Shown here: piece after piece, positions 1-20,184 of the stretch
Position numbering within the stretch: position 1 is the stretch's first letter
How the letters are laid out: every line of letters starts with the position of its first letter
Source: Macrostomum lignano
Lineage: Eukaryota
Assembly (NCBI GenBank): GCA_002269645.1
Contig: NIVC01002698.1
Coordinates: 1 to 36,644, forward strand
Direction of reading: 5' to 3'
Length of the DNA stretch: 36,644 bases
Notes under the pieces: generated by a model
What the model was told of the DNA's origin: nothing
Database searches by the model: none
Seen by the model: only the letters and a program-made list of their open reading frames with translations
Program-made: the position numbers and the translations under genes

Positions 1-308
1 TAATATTTCATTCAAAATATTGGTTTAGTATATTCTATTATTAGATTTCATTTTATAAGTAAAATAGTCTGTCATGTTACAACCATAATTATATGGAATG
101 GCCCTTTATCATTTAGTTAGTATTACATGTGTTTTTGGGTAGGCATTTTTGCAATCTACCTTGGTTAGGCCCCTTGCCAGCTAGATCAGTCAGGTTGGCT
201 AGTAGAATATTAGAATGTTATTGTTTTATATTTAACCAAGGAATAAAAAATATTACTATAATCATCAATTGATATTGTAATAAAAACTTACCTAGCATCA
301 TACATGCA

Positions 309-458
309 CAACCTTGGGAATCATCCAGCCGTTTCTATTGGCAACACACACATGTAAGTCACTATTGGCTGAGAGTAGTCACGTGACTACTATTCTGTCC
401 AATAGTGACTTACATGTGTGTGTTGCCAATAGAAACAGCCGGGTGAATCCCTAGGTTG
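309..458. mobile_element. 150-bp palindromic (MITE-like / foldback) element
   Basis: Perfect 38-bp inverted repeat 331-368 / 399-436, extended by an imperfect 22-bp inverted repeat (309-330 / 437-458), plus a central perfect 18-bp palindrome AGTAGTCACGTGACTACT (374-391). No coding capacity. The MITE label is inference. Confidence 0.5.
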
Positions 459-771
459 CGCCCAAGCTTGCCTAGCATTCTACATACTAGAATTATATGC
501 TATAGACACTAGAAAAAACCAATGTTAGAAGCTGGTGGCATCTTGTTTCCTTTAACTTAAATACTATGCAATTTAAGTATATTTTTATTATCAACTATTC
601 ATATTCAATTTTTTGCAAGGTAGAATGAATTATAACATATATAACTTATAATTATAATTATACCAGGCTAATTTATCTTTGTCTCTGTCTTATAGAGAGA
701 ACTATGAGTATTAGTTTTATGCTCTAGTTGTCACTAAATGTTAAAATTATTGATTTTAACCTCACCAACAG

Positions 772-8355
<7,584 letters not shown>

Positions 8356-8997
8356 CTAATGAGTTTTGTCCAGCTACTGTGACCAGATGGGAAAGGGGAT
8401 TAGCGGCGCTGTTTTGTTGACAACATTTATATAGCATATATATATATACCTACACACTTATGCATACGTGTGTGTGTGTTTGTTTGTTTTTTTGTTTCTG
8501 GTCTATGGGTGTTGTCGATTTTTTATTAGTGAGGCGCGCAGCTCAGCGCAATTCAAGTCGTCAGTGCGTATTAAAAGATTAGTTCGGTCTTGCCGATATG
8601 TAGAGTAATATACTTTATAAAGCGGTAAAAACAACCTCAATTTAGGCCGAATTTTTCATCACTTGCTACTTACAACGCAAAAAAGTAGTAGTCAGTTTCG
8701 AATTTTGCGCTGCGGCTAAATGTTTTTCTATTATTCTAAGAATTGTGACTACTGCCGCCTATTGTAGTTTAATTAATGTAGATTAAACAGCAGCTGACTT
8801 AGTCTTTGTAGTGTATCGGTCCTTAATCCCCTCCTCCCAACAGTTGCTCGTGTTCCCCACCCGTCCTCTATTATGTACTTTTGTGATTGCTAACGGCCGT
8901 TGGGTTATTAATGAAATTAATTCGGTCAGCTCGTTTTATTTTTTAAGCGTCACTGGTTTTCTTGATGACGTGGGTGAAATTTGTTTGGAAGCTTAAA

Positions 8998-10015
8998 CTG
9001 GGGGGCAGTGGCCTCTGAAGCATCTGGGGGAGGGGGAAAGGGGCCCTCTGAAGCATCTGGGGGATGGGCAGCGGCCTCTGAAGCATCTGGAGAGGGAAGT
9101 CAGCGGCCTCTGAAGCATCTGGAAGGGGGCAGCGGCCTCTGAACCATTTGGGCGAGGGGGCAGCGGCCACTGAAGCATCTGGGGAGGGGGCAGCGGCCTC
9201 TGAAGCATCTGGGGAGGGGGCAGCGGCCTCTGAAGCATCTGGAGGAGGGAGTCAGCGGCCTCTGAAGCATCTGGAAGGGGGCAGCGGCCTCTGAACCATT
9301 TGGGCGAGGGGGCAGCGGCCACTGAAGCATTTGGGGGATGGGCAGCGGCCTCTGAAGCATCTGGAGGGGGAGTCAGCGGCCTCTGAAGCATCTGGAATGG
9401 GGCAGCGGCCTCTGAACCATTTGGGCGAGGGGGCAGCGGCCACTGAAGCATCTGGGGAGGGGGCGGGGCAGCGGCCACTGAACCATTTGGGCGAGGGGGC
9501 AGCGGCCACTGAAGCATCTGGGGAGGGGGCGGGGCAGCGGCCTCTGAACCATTTGGGCGAGGGGGCAGCGGCCTCTGAACCATTTGGGCGAGGGGGCAGC
9601 GGCCACTGAAGCATCTGGGGAGGGGCAGCAGCCACTGAAGCATCTAAGGGAGGGGCAGCGGCCACTGAAGCATCTGGGGAGGGGGCGGGGCAGCGGCCAC
9701 TGAAGCATCTGGGGAGGGGGCGGGGCAGCGGCCTCTGAACCATTTGGGCGAGGGGGCAGCGGCCACTGAAGCATCTGGGGAGGGGGTGGGGCAGCGGCCA
9801 CTGAAGCATCTAAGGGAGGGGCAGCAGCCACTGAAGCATCTGGGGAGGGGGCGGGGCAGCGGCCTCTGAACCATTTGGGCGAGGGGGCAGCGGCCACTGA
9901 AGCATCTGGGGAGGGGCAGCAGCCACTGAAGCATCTGGGGGGGAGTCAGCGGCCTCTGAAGCATCTGGGGGGGAGTCAGCGGCCTCTGAAGCATCTGGGG
10001 GAGGGGGGGCAGCCC
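8998..10015 (+). repeat. GC-rich minisatellite, ~30-36-bp unit (TGAAGCATCTGGGGAGGGGGCAGCGGCCTC), ~32 copies
   Basis: Direct tandem array with TGAACCATTTGGGCGAGG variant units. Confidence 0.95.
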
Positions 10016-10679
10016 AGTGTTTATCAATTTAACTGAACAGAGTCCGTTTGAAGCTGACAAGCCGTTTGATATTATATCATTAATAGCTGACAATAATGTT
10101 TATACTGTTACTGAATTGCACATTTGCAGCAGTGTTTGTGTTAGTTTACTGTCTATCTGTTATTTTGGTTCGCCTTTTTTACACTGCGGGCTGGCTTCAA
10201 ACTCTAAGTGGCTGGCGGGTCCGCAGCTCCTGCAGCCTCAGCTCCTCTCACTGTCTCTCTTGACGCAGCCAGCCTCCCGCAAATCCCGAGATGTTGTGTC
10301 CGTCTGTCAGTCTCTATTTGGCGTTGTCACGGCCCCCTGCCCCCCCCCCCCCTAAACAGTCAATCTAGTCGACCACTTGTTGTTATATTTAAAATTATTT
10401 AACAAAAACATATGAATAATATGTATGTAATTATATACAGTAAAAGCTATTGCTAACAAATACTGTTATGTTCTACACGCGCGTACGTATTTATCTGTTT
10501 TGTGTATACCGTATAAAACTTTTGGGGGTCCCGTATTTACTAATTGGATAATTATTTGTAAATTGCACACGAGAGATCATTTAGCGGCAGCTCACCTGTC
10601 TGACATTGCGGGTCATTGAGGGCCAGATAAATAATTCAGCTCATGGCTGCGGGCCAGGTAGGAGAGAAGATGGTGAGAG

Positions 10680-10684
<5 letters not shown>

Positions 10685-10727
<43 letters not shown>
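10685..10727 (+). repeat. (GA)n microsatellite
   Basis: Direct dinucleotide run. Confidence 0.95.
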
Positions 10728-10730
<3 letters not shown>

Positions 10731-10810
10731 GGACGAGGCGAGGAAAGAGGGAGGGAAGAAGAGAGGGGAGAGAAGAGAAAAGTGGAGGGGAAGAAGATGG
10801 AAGAGAAGAA

Positions 10811-11399
10811 CAGAGAAAAATGAGACAAGAGATGAGAGAGAAGATAAGAGCAGATAAAAATGAGACAAGAGATGAGAGAGAAGATAAGAGCAGATAAAAA
10901 TGAGACAAGAGATGAGAGAGAAGATAAGAGCAGAGAAAAATGAGACAAGAGATGAGAGAGAAGATAAGAGCAGATAAAAATGAGACAAGAGATGAGAGAG
11001 AAGATAAGAGCAGATAAAAATGAGACAAGAGATGAGAGAGAAGATAAGAGCAGAGAAAAATGAGACAAGAGATGAGAGAGAAGATAAGAGCAGAGAAAAA
11101 TGAGACAAGAGATGAGAGAGAAGATAAGAGCAGAGAAAAATGAGACAAGAGATGAGAGAGAAGATAAGAGCAGATAAAAATGAGACAAGAGATGAGAGAG
11201 AAGATAAGAGCAGAGAAAAATGAGACAAGAGATGAGAGAGAAGATAAGAGCAGATAAAAATGAGACAAGAGATGAGAGAGAAGATAAGAGCAGATAAAAA
11301 TGAGACAAGAGATGAGAGAGAAGATAAGAGCAGATAAAAATGAGACAAGAGATGAGAGAGAAGATAAGAGCAGATAAATATGAGACAAGAGATGAGAGA
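10811..11399 (+). repeat. Purine-rich minisatellite, 40-bp unit (AAAAATGAGACAAGAGATGAGAGAGAAGATAAGAGCAGAT), ~14.7 copies
   Basis: Near-identical tandem copies with a single t/g variant site. Confidence 0.97.
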
Positions 11400-11989
11400 C
11401 ACAAACCCTGAGCAGGCCGCATTGCTATTGTGCAGTTTCAAAGCACCCGAGTGCCGGACAGAGGCTGCACAGGCCGGAGTGTGCCGTCCCTTGGTCTAAA
11501 AAATTTGCTTATCTGAGGAAAGCAGGCGGACAAGAAGATTATGAAGGCAGTTCTTTTTTACTTAAACGGCAATTCGAAGTGTCGCTTGTTGCAGAAAAAA
11601 AGCGAAATCTTGCTACCAGCATTGTTTTGATTTTATCTGCTTCGAAAGAATTGTGTTTCTCTCTCTTGAGTTAAATTATTATTTTTTCTATTTCAATTTT
11701 TCTCTTAAAAAGAAGCAGTTCCGTGTGTCGTTGCTTTTCCCACCCAGTTCGATGGCAACAAATATTAATTAACAAAACCGACTTGAGGCAAAATTTTCTT
11801 GTTTAAAATATGGAAGCTTCTGAGCTGGGAAAAACGTTTTTAATACAGATATCTAAATATAAATAAACGCTTTTATTTGTGTAACTAGTTGTATTTTCTG
11901 GTTTTCCCCCGTAACTATGTAACCTATCAATTCTGTTGCAAATTCAATTCTCCTTTGTCTTTGCTTTTCTTGCGAGTCTGGAAAGGTAT

Positions 11990-13480
11990 TTCTGTGTTTT
12001 GGTGTGTTTTAAGGTGTTTTGGGGTATTTTGGTGTGTTTGTGGTATTTTGGTGTGTTTTGGGGTATTCTTGGTGTGTTTTGGCGTATTTTGGTGTGTTTT
12101 GGGATATTTTGGTGTGTTTTGGCGTATTTTGGTGTGTTTTGGGGTATTTTGGTGTGTTTTGGCGTATTTTGGTGTGTTTTGGGGTATTTTGGTGTGTTTG
12201 TGGTATTTTGGTGTGTTTTGGGGTATTTTGGTGTGTTTTGGCGTATTTTGGTGTGTTTTGGGGTATTTTGGTGTGTTTTAGCGTATTTTGGTGTGTTTTG
12301 GCGTATTTTGGTGTGTTTTGGGGTATTTTGGTGTGTTTTGGCGTATTTTGGTGTGTTTTAGCGTATTTTGGTGTGTTTTGGGATATTTTGGTGTGTTTGT
12401 GGTATTTTGGTGTGTTTTGGGATATTTTGGTGTGTTTCGTGGTATTTTGGTGTGTTTTGGCGTATTTTGGTGTGTTTTGGGGTATTTTGGTGTGTTTTGG
12501 CGTATTTTGGGGTTTTTTGGGTATTTTGGTGTGTTTGTGGTATTTTGGTGTGTTTTGCGGTATTTTGGTGTGTTTGTGGTATTTTAGTGTGTTTGTGCTA
12601 TTTTGGTGTGTTTTGGCGTATTTTGGTGTGTTTTGGGGTATTTCGGTGTGTTTGTGGTATTTTGGTGTGTTTTGGGGTATTTTGGTGTGTTTGTGGTATT
12701 TTGGGGTATTTTGGTGTGTTTTGGGGTATTTTGGTGTATTTGTGGTATTTTGGTGTGTTTGTGGTATTTTGGTGTGTTTTGGCGTATTTTGGTGTGTTTT
12801 GGGGTATTTTGGTGTGTTTTGTGGTATTTTGGTGTGTTTTGGGGTATTTTGGTGTGTTTTGGGGTATTTTGGTGTGTTTTGTGGTATTTTGGTGTGTTTT
12901 GGGGTATTTTGGTGTGTTTGTGGTATTTTGGTGTGTTTTGGGGTATTTTGGTGTGTTTTGGGGTATTTTGGTGTTTGTGGTATTTTAGTGTGTTTGTGGT
13001 ATTTTGGTGTGTTTTGGCGTATTTTGGTGTGTTTTGGGGTATTTTGATGTGTTTGTGGTATTTTGGTGTGTTTTGGCGTATTTTGGTGTTTGTGGTATTT
13101 TGGTGTGTTTTGGGGTATTTTGGTGTGTTTTGGGGTATTTTGGTGTGTTTGTGGTATTTTGGTGTGTTTTGGGGTATTTTGGTGTGTTTTGGGGTATTTT
13201 GGTGTTTGTGGTATTTTAGTGTGTTTGTGGTATTTTGGTGTGTTTTGGCGTATTTTGGTGTGTTTTGGGGTATTTTGATGTGTTTGTGGTATTTTGGTGT
13301 GTTTTGGCGTATTTTGGTGTTTGTGGTATTTTGGTGTGTTTTGGGGTATTTTGGTGTGTTTTGGAATATTTTGGTGTGTTTTGTGGTATTTTGGTGTGTT
13401 TTGTGGTGGCTTTAGGGTGGTTTTTGGTATTTTTGTGTTTTGGGATATTTTTATGCTTTGGTATATTTTTGTGTTTTGCG
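11990..13480 (+). repeat. G/T-rich minisatellite, ~19-20-bp unit (GGGGTATTTTGGTGTGTTTT), ~75 copies
   Basis: Direct tandem array with an internal 231-bp duplication (12961 matches 13192). Confidence 0.95.
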
Positions 13481-13504
13481 GTACATTGGTTTTTGCTTGA
13501 TTGA

Positions 13505-13690
13505 GGTGGCATTGGTGTGCTTGACTGGGGGCATTGGTGTGCTTGATTGGGGTGGCATTGGTGTGCTTGATTGGGGTGGCATTGGTGTGCTTGATTGGGG
13601 TGGCATTGGTGTGCTTGATTGGGGTGGCATTGGTGTGCTTGATTGGGGTGGCATTGGTGTGCTTGATTGGGGGCATTGGTGTGCTTGTTG
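13505..13690 (+). repeat. Minisatellite, 24-bp unit (GGGGTGGCATTGGTGTGCTTGATT), ~7.5 copies
   Basis: Direct tandem array. Confidence 0.95.
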
Positions 13691-14119
13691 AATTTTTAAC
13701 TATTCGTACTTGCTTTAGTATTTACACTTTGTATCAACTCTTTATTCACAAGTCAGAACTGCAAAGGAAGTCTTTTTAACTTTTTCCGGCTTCAGAAGTG
13801 TTTCTCAAATATTAATATTCATACATCTTTAAGCGAAACTGCTTCGTGTGGGGTCGGCAGGGTGGCTGCAGTCTGCTGAGTTAAGGTGTAAATATCGGTG
13901 TGTGGGAAAGAAGTTGAGTGGTAATCTGCCTTCTGGGTGGTTGGCACTGGCTGCCTGTTGCCGCGGAATGCAGAACACAACAGAACTCAATGTGAGTTCA
14001 CCTCGTAAGCAAAAATTGTATTCCTATTATACCTCAAAGTACCCTGTAGTTCATCTGCACTTTTGCGCATGCTATCTTACTAGCATGTAAGAAGTTTCAT
14101 GTGTGGCTCCAGGATGTTC

Positions 14120-15243
14120 AGTGACGGGTCATTCCATTGTGACGGGTCATTCCATTGTGACGGGTCATTCCATTGTGACGGGTCATTCCATTGTGACGGG
14201 TCATTCCAAAGTGACGGGTCATTCCAAAGTGACGGGTCATTCCATAGTGACGGGTCATTCCATTGTGACAAGTCATTCCATAGTGATGGGTCATTCCAAA
14301 GTGACGGGTCATTCCAAAGTGACGGGTCATTCCAAAGTGACGGGTCATTCCATTGTGATGGGTCATTCCAAAGTGACGGGTCATTCCATAGTGACGGGTC
14401 ATTCCATTGTGACAAGTCATTCCATAGTGACAGGTCATTCCATAGTGACAGGTCATTCCAAAGTGACGGGTCATTCCAAAGTGACGGGTCATTCCAAAGT
14501 GACGGGTCATTCCATAGTGACGGGTCATTCCATTGTGACAAGTCATTCCATAGTGACGGATCATTCCATAGTGACAGGTCATTCCAAAGTGACGGGTCAT
14601 TCCAAAGTGACGGGTCATTCCAAAGTGACGGGTCATTCCATAGTGACGGGTCATTCCATTGTGACAAGTCATTCCATAGTGACAGGTCATTCCATAGTGA
14701 CGGATCATTCCATAGTGACAGGTCATTCCAAAGTGACGGGTCATTCCAAAGTGACGGGTCATTCCATAGTGACGGGTCATTCCATTGTGACAAGTCATTC
14801 CATAGTGACAGGTCATTCCATAGTGACGGATCATTCCATAGTGACAGGTCATTCCAAAGTGACGGGTCATTCCAAAGTGACGGGTCATTCCAAAGTGACG
14901 GGTCATTCCAAAGTGACGGGTCATTCCATAGTGACGGGTCATTCCATTGTGACAGGTCATTCCATAGTGACAGGTCATTCCAAAGTGACAGGTCATTCTA
15001 AAGTGACAGGTCATTCCATAGTGACGGGTCATTCCAAAGTGACAGGTCATTCCATAGTGACAGGTCATTCCATAGTGACGGGTCATTCCATTGTGACAGG
15101 TCATTCCAAAGTGACAGGTCATTCTAAAGTGACAGGTCATTCCATAGTGACGGGTCATTCCAAAGTGACAGGTCATTCCATAGTGACAGGTCATTCCATA
15201 GTGACAGGTCATTCCAAAGTGACAGGTCATTCCAAAGTGACGC
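14120..15243 (+). repeat. Minisatellite, 18-bp unit (GTGACGGGTCATTCCATA), ~62 copies
   Basis: Direct tandem array with a 126-bp higher-order period. Confidence 0.97.
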
Positions 15244-15605
15244 TTTATAATACGCGTCGCGCAACACTGGATGAAGTGTTGGCTCTTGCGCACAAACCCT
15301 TGAACTTGGCAGCTCGTCCACCATTGGCCTGCACTTTCTCGGCCTGGCAGCCAATGAGAATCGGCCTCGAGCCTCTTTTTAGGTTTAATTCCGTGTGTGC
15401 AATAATATACAAAACGTGATCTGCTTTGCTGAACTCCTGCCTAAGTTCTGAGACATCCTAAAACCTGGATAGATATACACGTTACAGAAACGAACAAATT
15501 TAAGGCTACTGTAAAACTGGTGCTAGGTACAAGGTGAGTGATTTATAACATGCTATAAATATTTATATTGATTTATTATAATTTATAAACATTAAGTCTA
15601 CTGGT

Positions 15606-15882
15606 GCCACACCCTAATCGATCCATATCTGCTGTCTACTTTGTCTACCAATGCCACACTACTCGATCCATATCCGCTGTCTACTTTGTCTACCAATGAC
15701 ACACTCTACTCGATCCATATCCGCTGTCTACTTTGTCTACCAATGCCACACTCTACTTGATCCATATCCGCTGTCTACTTTGTCTACCAATGCCACACTC
15801 TACTCGATCCATATCCGCTGTCTACTTTGTCTACCAATGACACACTCTACTCGATCCATATCCGCTGTCTACTTTGTCTACT
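15606..15882 (+). repeat. Minisatellite, 47-bp unit (ACTCGATCCATATCCGCTGTCTACTTTGTCTACCAATGCCACACTCT), ~5.8 copies
   Basis: Direct tandem array. Confidence 0.93.
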
Positions 15883-16377
15883 ATAGCACCACCTCTCTCC
15901 TTATAGTCTACAAAATGGATTCCAAAAATTTCCCAAAATCCATCCTTCAGTTCGAATTCCATTTGAGCTACGATTTAATCAAAGGTTACAGCCCTGTCCG
16001 TAGTAGGGTTTAAAAGGGAAAAACTAGAAACTTTTATCGTTGAGCCCTAGTATCAAGCAAACATGACTCATACTCAAAATATCCCTCTTTAATTTTCTGC
16101 TCGTGGGGTTGTGGAATCGCGGAAGTTCCTCCCAACTCCACTGACCCCCTCCAAGAATCCGAAGCAGCGAAGAAGAGAATTCGGTTACCAAGTTAATTTG
16201 CATATTGTATTGGTTGCATCGGACCTGCTCTCTCGATCTTGTCGGGGTTACAGAAGCAGCCATGTTAGCATTTACCTGACAGTTATTTACATTGGTGTAA
16301 CTGGAGCTGGCTCAGGCTTTCCACTGTCTCCAACTCACTGGGAAACAAAGGGTAGCTTATATAACTTATGTTGCGTG

Positions 16378-16700
16378 TCTAATCTCACTTCTGACCCCTT
16401 CTGAATATCTTAATCTCACTCCTGACCGCTTCTGAATATCTAATCTCACGCCTGACCGCTTCTGAATATCTAATCTCACTCCTGACCCTTCTGAATATCT
16501 AATCTTACTCTTGATCCCTACGTAGTGTCTAATCTCACTACTACCGACCCTTCTGAATATCTAATCTCACTACTGACCTTTATAGGTATCTAATCTCACT
16601 CCTGACTCTCAAATCTCACTCCTAGGTGTCTCATCTCTGTTATACTTGGGTCTCGTCTCAATTAAACTAAGTGTCTATCTCACTTGTGCTTAATCTACAA
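16378..16700 (+). repeat. Degenerate minisatellite, ~29-bp unit (TAATCTCACTCCTGACCCTTCTGAATATC), ~10 copies
   Basis: Tandem copies decaying toward the 3' end. Confidence 0.85.
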
Positions 16701-17319
16701 TCTCATCTTCTGTGCTATGTCCGTCGGAATGTTTTCAGACATTCCCGACAGTTCTGTGGCTATATCTAGATACTGTTACGCAACAATGCACCAGTAAGAA
16801 TGTGGTTGGCCAGTACCATAAAAATTACGCTAAACCTTGGGGTCGTACATCATCTAAAAAAACTGCTGGTCTGTTGGCATTTCGTGGGAAAAAATTCTCT
16901 TTTTATTCGTGTAGCTCTCGTGGCTACGTGGCAAAGTTGAAATTGTTTAACCAAAATCATACGAAACAAAAATGCAAGTCTTTGTTTAATAGGAGATCTA
17001 CCCTGGTCTTTGTCTTGGTGAATAGCGACAGCGGCTGCGCTAATATTTACAAGTAGATGGCACGATATATGATATTCGCTGGGCAGTTGGGCTGTCTCAT
17101 AAAATTTTAGCCATATTTGAGTCGGTTGGCAACAGGGCAGAAACTGCTTCGAAAAATGGCGGATAAAATTCGAGCCTTGGCCAAAATTGGCTATTCGAAT
17201 TTCTTTTTTATGGGGTTTCAGCTGCTGGGGGGTTTATACGGTTTTTAGTGGGATTAGATATATGCATTAGAAACTTTAATTTGAAATCAGATGAGTATAT
17301 AGGCGAGGTTAATCATTAG

Positions 17320-17860
17320 AGGGGTGAGATAGACACCGATATGGGTGAGATAGACGTCTAGATGGGTGAGATAGACATATAGATGGGTGAGATAGACATG
17401 TAGATAAGTGAAATAGATATCTGAATCGGTGAGATAGACATCTAGATGGGTGAGATAGATATCTGAATCGGTGAGATAGACATCTAGATGGGTGAGATAG
17501 ATATCTGAATCGGTGAGATAGACATCTAGATGGGTGAGATAGACATATAGATAAGTGAAATAGACATCTAGATGGGTGAGATAGATATCTAGATGGGTGA
17601 GATAGATATCTAGTTGGGTGAGATAGACATCTAGTTGGGTGAGATAGATATCTAGTTGGGTGAGATAGATATCTGAATCGGTGAGATAGACTCTAGTTGG
17701 GTGAGATAGATATCTGAATCGGTGAGATAGACATCTCGAGATGGGTGTGATAGATATCTGAATCGGTGAGATAGACATCTAGATGGGTGAGATAGACATA
17801 TAGATAAGTGAAATAGACATCTAGATGGGTGAGATAGATATCTAGATTGGTGAGATAGGT
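17320..17860 (+). repeat. Minisatellite, 21-bp unit (GGGTGAGATAGACATCTAGAT), ~25 copies
   Basis: Direct tandem array. Confidence 0.95.
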
Positions 17861-18067
17861 GTAGTGCTCACGCGAGCCCAATTTATATGTACATCGGCCT
17901 ACATATGTTCATGCACTTCAAGTGCGGCGATTCTTCACCCCCACTCTGGTGGCGTGATTTTATTCCATAGTCTGAAAATAAATAAACATCGATCAGCCCA
18001 CCTAGCAGGGCTCCACCCTTCGTCTCAGCAAACTCCGGCCTTCTTACTATAGCCATTACAATAGGAA

Positions 18068-18240
18068 TCTAGATAGGTGAGATAGGCATCTAGATAGGTG
18101 AGATAGGCATCTAGATAGGTGAGATAGGCATCTAGATAGGTGAGATAGACATCTAGATGGGTGAGATAGACATCTAGATGGGTGAGATAGATATCTAGAT
18201 AGGTGAGATAGGCATCTAGATAGGTGAGATAGACATAGAA
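18068..18240 (+). repeat. Minisatellite, 21-bp unit (AGGTGAGATAGGCATCTAGAT), ~8 copies
   Basis: Direct tandem array of the same family as 17320-17860. Confidence 0.93.
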
Positions 18241-19263
18241 ACCTATAAAAATGATCTCATAGACACAAAGTGGCAGGAACAAACTTTCAAACCCAAATAT
18301 TCATATTTTTGAAACAAAAAGCCCTTAGAACCCAAATTATCCCAAATTCCATTCCCACGATGTCTACAGGTTGCAGTCGGCCACTCTCTCCAGTGCAACA
18401 GCCCCATTCAAGTGTCCTTTCTCTTGTAAACAATGTTGAAAACTGATTTCTTCATCAACTGATTACGTCATCAGTGCTTCGGATCAGACAAGGTGGGGAG
18501 CTATTGATGGGAGCTTCAATTCGTTGAAAGCTTCCTTGCGAAAGTTGTCAGCCTGCCTGCGGAAGCGGAGCTGTTGATGGAGCCCGTGGGAGACTGGGGC
18601 CTATTGATTCCTCCACCCTTGCTTTGTTCTTGCAGCTCTTGCAGCAGCAAAGGAATGCGAAAAAAAGAACTTCCTTCCCCAATTGATAAGGCCGAACGAG
18701 GAAGGGTATATCCTCCAGGGTCCTCCGATCAGTTTTATCCCACCTGTAAAGCCTTCCGGCTGTTTGGACCAGATCAGGCTGCGGCTCCCGCTGCAGCATA
18801 AACCAACCAACAATGCCCAGCTATTAATTTGCATCGCTCCCCGCTTGTCTCTGGGATAATTCTGCCAGCCTGCTGGGATTGTTGGCGGACAGAGACGTAG
18901 GGAACCTCGGTGGGTAGCCGTGTGCCCTGCGCAACCCCCCCCCTAGGCAACCCCCCCCCCCCCTAGGTAACTGTGTGGGTGGCTGGCCCCGATTTCCAGT
19001 TAGCGTTGGTATTGAATTTGAAACAAGGTCGAAAATGACGGAATGGAAATCTTTTTTGGCCAAATTTTGGTCATCTTTGATTGCTAGGCCTGTATAGCTG
19101 GGATTGGGGGCTTCTGATGCGTCATTTCGGTGTCTGATTATGATAAGGGAACCTCGGCTGACCAGAAAAAAACTGAGCGGAGAGGGGAATGGCAGACAGA
19201 GGGGGGGAGGTGGACTGACAGATGCTTAGAGAGAGAGTGAGAGAGGGACAGGGAGAGATGCTT

Positions 19264-19348
<85 letters not shown>

Positions 19349-19457
19349 GGATAGATAGATAGATAGATGGATGGATAGATAGATAGATAGATAGATAGAG
19401 AGATAGATAGATAGATAGATAGATACATAGATAGATGGATAGATAGATAGATAGATC

Positions 19458-19495
<38 letters not shown>

Positions 19496-19500
19496 CAGAC
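19264..19500 (+). repeat. (GATA)n microsatellite
   Basis: Direct tetranucleotide run. Confidence 0.97.
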
Positions 19501-20184
19501 AGATACACAGACACACAGATACTCGCACACAGAACCACAGAAGGCTATAACCAGATAAAAGCCCAGCCTTAACCTGCCCCTGACACGCAAGCATCAGCTG
19601 AGTCAATCTCAATCCAGCAGCAGTTTCAGCCAGAGGGGATGCTTTTAAGCTGATTGCCGGAGTCACGAACCGCCTCGGCTCTCCCGCCCTTCTCACCCAG
19701 CCCGGACCATTTTCAGCTCAAAAATGCCATTCTTCTAGTTTTTAAAAAAGCACAGGACACAACTTTCGGCCTAAAAAAGCCTGGCAGTCAAGTCAGTTAG
19801 CAGGTGAATGTTTTGTGCACAGACGCAGAGACAGCGGAGACACCTGCTTCTCTTGTCGCGTCTGCATCAGAGTTGCCTATGGGGTTAAAAAGTGGAAACT
19901 TATTGTTGGACAGTGTGAGCTGCTCTGGCGCTCATGGGGGTAACAGGAGCACGTGTTGGCCTTTTTTGCAAAGTGCAATAGTCAAGTAGGAAGCAGCTGG
20001 ATCGAGAGAGGCACAAAATTCGTGCCCCTAAGAATATCCAACTCCCCAAGCATTAAAAATCCTCAAGTGTACAAGAGTAATTCCTTGAACTTACAGACAG
20101 ACAGCCTCACAAAAGTCTAAATCCCCAAGCTTTGAGAATCCCAAAAATAAGAGTTATTATCCCCTAGTTTCCAAACTGCTCAAT

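Noticed and set aside
728-771. ORF-track start MSLNVKIIDFNLTN for macoilin
   Set aside because: TTG start in AT-rich sequence upstream of a clear acceptor at 770-771. Homology begins at 772, and the true first exon is outside the window.
8570-8787. ATTAAA at 8570-8575 and 8782-8787 as macoilin poly(A) signals
   Set aside because: Plausible, but a variant hexamer in AT-rich sequence cannot be assigned without 3'-end data.
11990-13480. Telomere-like G/T array
   Set aside because: The unit is 19-20 bp, internal, and does not match TTAGGG/TTAGG-type repeats.
10613-13676. Long hydrophobic or basic ORFs (up to 555 aa)
   Set aside because: Translations of the 40-bp and G/T arrays, open in several frames at once.
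14099-15419. 300-aa and 438-aa ORFs (DGSFHS / VTGHSI repeats, with a tail NTRRATLDEVLALAH)
   Set aside because: An 18-bp unit keeps frames open automatically. Variants are a mix of synonymous and non-synonymous, and one frame is broken by a TAA. The tail's resemblance to kinase C-lobe motifs is too short to support.
16196-18833. Isolated TF motifs: ATTTGCAT octamers (~16196, ~18826) and CGTGGGAA CSL site (~16883)
   Set aside because: Single 8-mers are expected by chance in this much sequence.
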